A stretch of DNA of 62,897 nucleotides, the filler included. It is 8 parts of 8 records of this genome, joined end to end, with 100 filler letters (N's around TTAATTAATTAA, not from the genome) between each part and the next. Parts side by side here need not be neighbours in the genome. Positions count along the whole stretch, not along the records: positions 55,776 to 62,897 come from SRR20825010_4816; 7 more parts are not named here. One strand, 5' to 3'. Position 1 is the first letter of the stretch. Every line of letters starts with the position of its first letter. The translations under genes were made by a program, and so were the position numbers. Shown piece by piece: positions 61,225-62,897 of the stretch. A model generated the notes under the pieces. The model was not told the DNA's origin. It worked only from the letters and a program-made list of their open reading frames with translations, and ran no database searches.

Positions 61225-62897
61225 TTAAACAATCTGTTTATCAATGTTTGAAATAATCTCTACTGCCTTGCTGTAATCTTGTTGTACAGACGCAGTGGAA
61301 GACGAAGCATAACGAGCAAATTCACAGCTTTTTAACAAGCCAATAAAATTCTCTACAACCGAAGTTTCTACATTGCGCTCCAATAACATTTTTGAAATCC
61401 CGCTTTTCTCCATTTCTGAAGTTTCAATATTTAACTTCGCTTTTAGGTAATTGTGAAGTGCGCGTTCTAAAGATTCATAAAAAGTAACTGGGTTTGAAAT
61501 GTTCTTTTTAGCCTCAGAAAGGTATTTTTTGGCAAGTTTATTCGCGCGTCGCAATTTGTTTCCTTCCACATCGCTTAAACGTGCTTTGCGTTTTTTGCCT
61601 GCTAGAATAAATAAAGGAATTAATAAAAATGGGCCGCCTAAAAGTGACCAAAACAATGGAGATTTAAAGAAATCTTCCTGTGCTATTGGCTTTAAGTTGG
61701 CATCCAATTTTAAATATTTGAAATTGTCTTTTGAAAGTACAACCTGCTTATTTGTTTCATTTGAATTGGTGGAAGCAGCTGCGCTAATAGGTCCGTTTTC
61801 AACTTCAATAGTAAATTCTTTTGATGTGATGGTTTTATACGTTTCAGTTTTGGGATCGAAATACGAAAAAGTTATTGGGTTTATCGGATACGTTCCCTTA
61901 AATTGAGGCACAATGGTATATGAATCTGTGATGGAACCTTGCATTCCACCTACGGTAGTATTTACACTTTCCGTATGTTCTGGCTCATAAACTTCCAGTG
62001 TATTTGGTAGTTTTAAGGTTGGTGCTGTAAATAATTTTAAATTTCCTTTCCCAGAAATCTTTACATCAAGTTGTAAGGATTCGTTCGCGTTGAGCGTTGT
62101 TTTATTTGTAGTAACATTAAAAGAAAGATCACCCACCGCCCCATTAAAACCATCAGGTTTTCCTTCTAAAGGAAGCGGTTTTACATCTATCGTTCTATTT
62201 CCTGCAGAAATGGTTTTATTAACACGCTCCATTAATCTACGCCCAAAAATATCGCGGCGATTGCCTTGAACGTCTATGGGAATATCTAGCGTAAGTGGCT
62301 CAATATCTAATTTTCCAGTTTTTTGAGGATAAAGAACGGTGGTTCTTAAAACTACGTAGCGGTAATTTTCACCATTATATTTGCCTTCGTAAACTTTAAA
62401 ATTGTTTTTATTGTCAATATTCTGGCTCCAGAAATCAGCGTATTTTGGATTGTCTATTTCACGCCATTGGCTGGTAATACTTACATCGTGTGAAACATAA
62501 AGTTTGTAAGTAACGGTAATAGCTTCGTTTAAATAAGGGTTTGCGTTTGAAACTTCTGCAACCAAATGCACATTCTCACTCGCCACATAATTTGCGTTAC
62601 TTCCATCTTTAGGCACGTCAACTGCAGCAGTAACTTCCACTTCAACAGGCAAGGTTTTATAGGTTTCTCCACTAACCTCAATGGTTGCTTGCCCAATAGT
62701 TACTTTTCCACGAGTTTGTGGTGCCAAAAAATACGAGTACGTTTTTGAAAAACTTCGCTTGCCGTTTATCCATGAATTGCTGATAGATTGGTTCGGACCA
62801 CCTACTACTTTAAAATTTTCAAAACTTGGCGGTCTAAAATTGTCGCCATCTTGGTTCATTTCAAAATCTACGCGCAAACGCTCGTTTATTCCCAGTC
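61225..62897 (-). CDS. batD: BatD (5' truncated)
   Basis: GPNQS..SWING, VLYPQKTG, FNGAVG, GKGNLKL, SYFDP, CEFARY. Confidence 0.88.
   Translation of the reverse strand, partial: LGINERLRVDFEMNQDGDNFRPPSFENFKVVGGPNQSISNSWINGKRSFSKTYSYFLAPQTRGKVTIGQATIEVSGETYKTLPVEVEVTAAVDVPKDGSNANYVASENVHLVAEVSNANPYLNEAITVTYKLYVSHDVSITSQWREIDNPKYADFWSQNIDNKNNFKVYEGKYNGENYRYVVLRTTVLYPQKTGKLDIEPLTLDIPIDVQGNRRDIFGRRLMERVNKTISAGNRTIDVKPLPLEGKPDGFNGAVGDLSFNVTTNKTTLNANESLQLDVKISGKGNLKLFTAPTLKLPNTLEVYEPEHTESVNTTVGGMQGSITDSYTIVPQFKGTYPINPITFSYFDPKTETYKTITSKEFTIEVENGPISAAASTNSNETNKQVVLSKDNFKYLKLDANLKPIAQEDFFKSPLFWSLLGGPFLLIPLFILAGKKRKARLSDVEGNKLRRANKLAKKYLSEAKKNISNPVTFYESLERALHNYLKAKLNIETSEMEKSGISKMLLERNVETSVVENFIGLLKSCEFARYASSSTASVQQDYSKAVEIISNIDKQIV

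Overview
This window is not one genomic locus. It is eight unrelated contig fragments joined by seven identical 100-nt artificial spacers (N44-TTAATTAATTAA-N44), so no gene context holds across a spacer. Taxon labels below are inferred from protein similarity and base composition. (1) 1-3670, alphaproteobacterial catabolic cluster (hydrolase, thiolase, VOC protein, ferredoxin reductase) ending in a decayed IS3 remnant. (2) 3771-8215, Rhodobacterales-like purine catabolism (xdhB, xdhC, permease, guaD). (3) 8316-11943, TacA-like sigma-54 activator and NdvC-like GH17 glucan protein. (4) 12044-19031, very GC-rich planctomycete-like DNA (anti-sigma, SRPBCC, nadE, flippase plus GT-C, a Fur homologue lacking metal ligands, REP doublet). 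(5) 19132-22235, alphaproteobacterial MFS, enoyl-CoA hydratase, USP and AGCS symporter. (6) 22336-49639, AT-rich Flavobacteriaceae contig (B12 uptake locus with cobalamin riboswitch, S41/ECF/anti-sigma/DUF4252, purB, acs, yitT, OmpA, nnr, hutH, clpC). (7) 49740-55675, Rhodospirillales-like DNA (saccharopine/lysine dehydrogenase, Lrp, two tandem class III cyclases, rpmJ). (8) 55776-62897, Flavobacteriaceae SulP/carbonic anhydrase operon, batE and batD. The best candidates for undescribed biology are regulatory. One is a tandem pair of leader-peptide attenuators ahead of yitT (38821-39136), each leader carrying a copy of its terminator's 3' arm. Another is a membrane-targeted, PPP-tailed uORF heading the SulP-USP-CA-SulP operon. 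A third is the tandem cyclase pair with Gln at the base-specifying Lys position. No CRISPR array, rRNA or tRNA was seen.
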